Shown here: positions 60,201 to 64,000 of the stretch, piece by piece
Layout of the letters: each line of letters begins with the position of its first letter
Position numbering within the stretch: the first letter of the stretch is position 1
From: Squalus acanthias
Lineage: Eukaryota
Direction: 5' to 3'
DNA length: 64,000 nt
NCBI GenBank assembly: GCA_030390025.1
Contig: JASTWF010000035.1
Span: 2,728,001-2,792,000, forward strand
Notes under the pieces: model-generated
What the model saw: only the letters and a program-made list of their open reading frames with translations
Told to the model about the DNA's origin: nothing
Database searches by the model: none
Position numbers and translations under genes: made by a program

Positions 60201-63200
60201 CTGCAGTGTCCGGGAGTGAGGCTGGAATGACAGCAGTGTCCGGGAGTGAGGCCGGAATGACAGCAGTGTCCGGGAGTGAAGCTGGAATGCCGGCAGTGTC
60301 CGGGAGTGAGGCTGGAATGACGGCAGTGTCCGGGAGTGAGGCTGGAATGACGCCAGTGTCCGGGAGTGAGGCCGGAATGACGGCAGTGTCCGGGAGTGAG
60401 GCTGGAATGACGGCAATGTCCAGGAGTGAGGCTGGAATGACGGCAGTGTCCGGGAGTGAAGCTGGAAAAACGCCAGTGTTCGGGAGTGAGGCTGGAATGA
60501 CGCCAGTGTCCGGGAGTGAAGCTGGAATGACGCCAGTGTCTGGGAGTGAGGCTGGAATGACGTCAGTGTCCGGGAGTGAAGCTGGAATGACGCCAGTGTC
60601 CAGGAGTGAAGCTGGAATGACGCCAGTGTCCAGGAGTGAGGCTGGAATAACGTCAGTATCTGGGAGTGAAGCTGGAATGACGCCAGTGTCCGGGAGTGAC
60701 TCCGGAATGATGGCAGTGTCCGGGAGTGAGGCCGGAATGATGGCAGTGTCCGGGAGTGAGGCCGGAATGACAGCAGTGTCCGGGAGTAAAGCTGGAATGC
60801 TGGCAGTGTCCGGGAGTGAAGCTCGAATGACGCCAGTGTCCGGGAGTGAAGCTGGAATGACGCCAGTGTCTGGGAGTGAGGCTGGAATGACGGCAGTGTC
60901 CGGGAGTGAGGCTGGAATGCCAGCAGTGTACGGGAGTGAGGCTGGAATGCCGGGAGTGAGGCTGGAATGCCGGCAGTGTCCGGGAGTGAGGCTAGAATGC
61001 CGGCAGTGTTCGGGAGTGAGGCTGGAATGCCAGCAGTGGCCGGGAGTGAGGCTGGAATGACGGCAATGTCCAGGAGTGAGGCTGGAATGACGGCAGTGTC
61101 CGGGAGTGAAGCTGGAAAAACGCCAGTGTTCGGGAGTGAGGCTGGAATGACGCCAGTGTCCGGGAGTGAAGCTGGAATGACGCCAGTGTCTGGGAGTGAG
61201 GCTGGAATGACGTCAGTGTCCGGGAGTGAAGCTGGAATGACGCCAGTGTCCAGGAGTGAAGCTGGAATGACGCCAGTGTCCAGGAGTGAGGCTGGAATAA
61301 CGTCAGTATCTGGGAGTGAAGCTGGAATGACGCCAGTGTCCGGGAGTGACTCCGGAATGATGGCAGTGTCCGGGAGTGAGGCCGGAATGATGGCAGTGTC
61401 CGGGAGTGAGGCCGGAATGACAGCAGTGTCCGGGAGTAAAGCTGGAATGCTGGCAGTGTCCGGGAGTGAAGCTCGAATGACGCCAGTGTCCGGGAGTGAA
61501 GCTGGAATGACGCCAGTGTCTGGGAGTGAGGCTGGAATGACGGCAGTGTCCGGGAGTGAGGCTGGAATGCCAGCAGTGTACGGGAGTGAGGCTGGAATGC
61601 CGGGAGTGAGGCTGGAATGCCGGCAGTGTCCGGGAGTGAGGCTAGAATGCCGGCAGTGTTCGGGAGTGAGGCTGGAATGCCGGCAGTGGCCGGGAGTGAG
61701 GCTGGAATGACGGCAATGTCCAGGAGTGAGGCTGGAATGACATCAGTGTCCGGGAGTCATGCTGGAAAAACGCCAGTGTTCGGGAGTGAGGCTGGAATGA
61801 CGCCAGTCTCCGGGAGTGAAGCTGGAATGACGCCAGTGTCTGGGAGTGAGGCTGGAATGCCGGCAGTGTCCAGGAGTGAGGCTGGAATGCCAGCAGTGTC
61901 CGGAAGTGAGGCTAGAATGCCGGCAGTGTTCGGGAGTGAGGCTGGAATGCCAGCAGTGTCCGGGAGTGAGGCTGGAATGACGGCAATGTCCGGGAGTGAG
62001 GCTGGAATGACGGCAGTGTCCGGGAGTGAAGCTGGAATGACGCCAGTGTTCGGGAGTGAGGCTGGAATGACGCCAGTGTCCTGGAGTGAAGCTGGAATGA
62101 CGCCAGTGTCTGGGAGTGAGGCTGGAATGACGTCAGTGTCCGGGAGTGAAGCTGGAATGACGCCAGAGTGCAGGAGTGAAGCTGGAATGACGCCAGTGTC
62201 CAGGAGTGAGGCTGGAATAACGTCAGTATCTGGGAGTGAAGCTGGAATGACGCCAGTGTCCGGGATGAGGCTGGAATGATGGCCGTGTCTGGGAGTGAGG
62301 CTGGAATGACTGCAGTGTCCGGGAGTGAGGCTGGAATGACAGCAGTGTCCGGGAGTGAGGCCGGAATGACAGCAGTGTCCGGGAGTGAAGCTGGAATGCC
62401 GGCAGTGTCCGGGAGTGAGGCTGGAATGACGGCAGTGTCCGGGAGTGAGGCTGGAATGACGCCAGTGTCCGGGAGTGAGGCCGGAATGACGGCAGTGTCC
62501 GGGAGTGAGGCTGGAATGCCAGCAGTGTACGGGAGTGAGGCTGGAATGATGCCAGTGTCCGGGAGTGAGGCTGGAATGGCGGCAGTGTTCGGGAGTGCGG
62601 CTGGAATGACGGCAGTGTCCGGGAGTGCGGCTGGAATGACGGCAGTGTCCGGGAGTGAAGCTGGAATGACGCCAGTGTCCGGGAGTGAGGCTGGAATGAA
62701 GGCAGTTTCCGGGAGTAAAGCTGGAATGACGCCAGTGTCCGGGAGTGAGGCTGGAATGACGGCAGTGTCCGGGAGTAAAGCTGGAATGACGCCAGTGTCC
62801 GGGAGTGAGGCTGGAATGACGGCAGTGTCCGGGAGTAAAGCTGGAATGACGCCAGTGTCTGGGAGTGAGGCTGGAATGACGTCAGTGTCTGGGAGTGAAG
62901 CTGGAATGACGCCAGTGTCCGGGAGTGAGGCTGGAATGCCGGCAGTGTCCAGGAGTGAGGCTGGAATGCCAGCAGTGTCCGGAAGTGAGGCTAGAATGCC
63001 GGCAGTGTTCGGGAGTGAGGCTGGAATGCCAGCAGTGTCCGGGAGTGAGGCTGGAATGACGGCAATGTCCGGGAGTGAGGCTGGAATGACGGCAGTGTCC
63101 GGGAGTGAAGCTGGAATGACGCCAGTGTTCGGGAGTGAGGCTGGAATGACGCCAGTGTCCTGGAGTGAAGCTGGAATGACGCCAGTGTCTGGGAGTGAGG

Positions 63201-64000
63201 CTGGAATGACGTCAGTGTCCGGGAGTGAAGCTGGAATGACGCCAGAGTGCAGGAGTGAAGCTGGAATGACGCCAGTGTCCAGGAGTGAGGCTGGAATAAC
63301 GTCAGTATCTGGGAGTGAAGCTGGAATGACGCCAGTGTCCGGGATGAGGCTGGAATGATGGCCGTGTCTGGGAGTGAGGCTGGAATGACTGCAGTGTCCG
63401 GGAGTGAGGCTGGAATGACAGCAGTGTCCGGGAGTGAGGCCGGAATGACAGCAGTGTCCGGGAGTGAAGCTGGAATGCCGGCAGTGTCCGGGAGTGAGGC
63501 TGGAATGACGGCAGTGTCCGGGAGTGAGGCTGGAATGACGCCAGTGTCCGGGAGTGAGGCCGGAATGACGGCAGTGTCCGGGAGTGAGGCTGGAATGACG
63601 GCAATGTCCAGGAGTGAGGCTGGAATGACGGCAGTGTCCGGGAGTGAAGCTGGAAAAACGCCAGTGTTCGGGAGTGAGGCTGGAATGACGCCAGTGTCCG
63701 GGAGTGAAGCTGGAATGACGCCAGTGTCTGGGAGTGAGGCTGGAATGACGTCAGTGTCCGGGAGTGAAGCTGGAATGACGCCAGTGTCCAGGAGTGAAGC
63801 TGGAATGACGCCAGTGTCCAGGAGTGAGGCTGGAATAACGTCAGTATCTGGGAGTGAAGCTGGAATGACGCCAGTGTCCGGGAGTGACTCCGGAATGATG
63901 GCAGTGTCCGGGAGTGAGGCCGGAATGATGGCAGTGTCCGGGAGTGAGGCCGGAATGACAGCAGTGTCCGGGAGTAAAGCTGGAATGCTGGCAGTGTCCG
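54277..64000. repeat. 30-bp satellite array, at least 9.7 kb, with higher-order repeats
   Basis: Consensus GTGTCCGGGAGTGAGGCTGGAATGACGGCA repeated to the window end; recurring 20-bp and 29-bp variant units. Confidence 0.98.

Noticed and set aside
54149..63604. Long ORFs of (MTAVSGSEAG)n and (TLPSFQPHSR)n
   Set aside because: These are by-products of a 30-bp unit lacking stops in some frames; 20-bp and 29-bp units break the frame repeatedly, and there are no splice or domain signals.
54277..64000. CRISPR-like array (constant 20 nt plus variable 10 nt)
   Set aside because: The variable part is only point variants of one 10-mer, not unique spacers; the context is eukaryotic and there are no cas genes.

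Overview
Eukaryotic, repeat-dense vertebrate DNA, most likely from a cartilaginous fish (inferred from the repeat families, not proven). The only host gene I can support is four small + strand exons (6823-6931, 17821-18010, 20313-20390, 25804-25918). They splice in frame to encode the cysteine-rich and EGF-like region of an ADAM metalloprotease. The rest is mostly nested transposons: many CR1 LINE copies (one near full length with an SGNH-esterase ORF1), two full-length PIF/Harbinger DNA transposons (one with an intact transposase ORF), four Harbinger-type MITEs, a 1558-bp solo LTR with a 4-bp TSD, and two Penelope-like fragments carrying minimal hammerhead ribozyme motifs. There are also SINE and L2 remnants and a 30-bp satellite of at least 9.7 kb with higher-order structure running off the right end. 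The most interesting item is a second non-LTR retroelement family present in three copies. Its complete copy (14055-17315, minus strand) starts with a tRNA-derived Pol III promoter (A and B boxes) and a SINE-type central domain, joined directly to an endonuclease plus reverse transcriptase region with no ORF1. I found no TTTT Pol III terminator on the sense strand of any copy. A short SINE with a related body and tail lies at about 25196-25660. This suggests a Pol III-transcribed LINE or giant SINE together with a SINE derivative.
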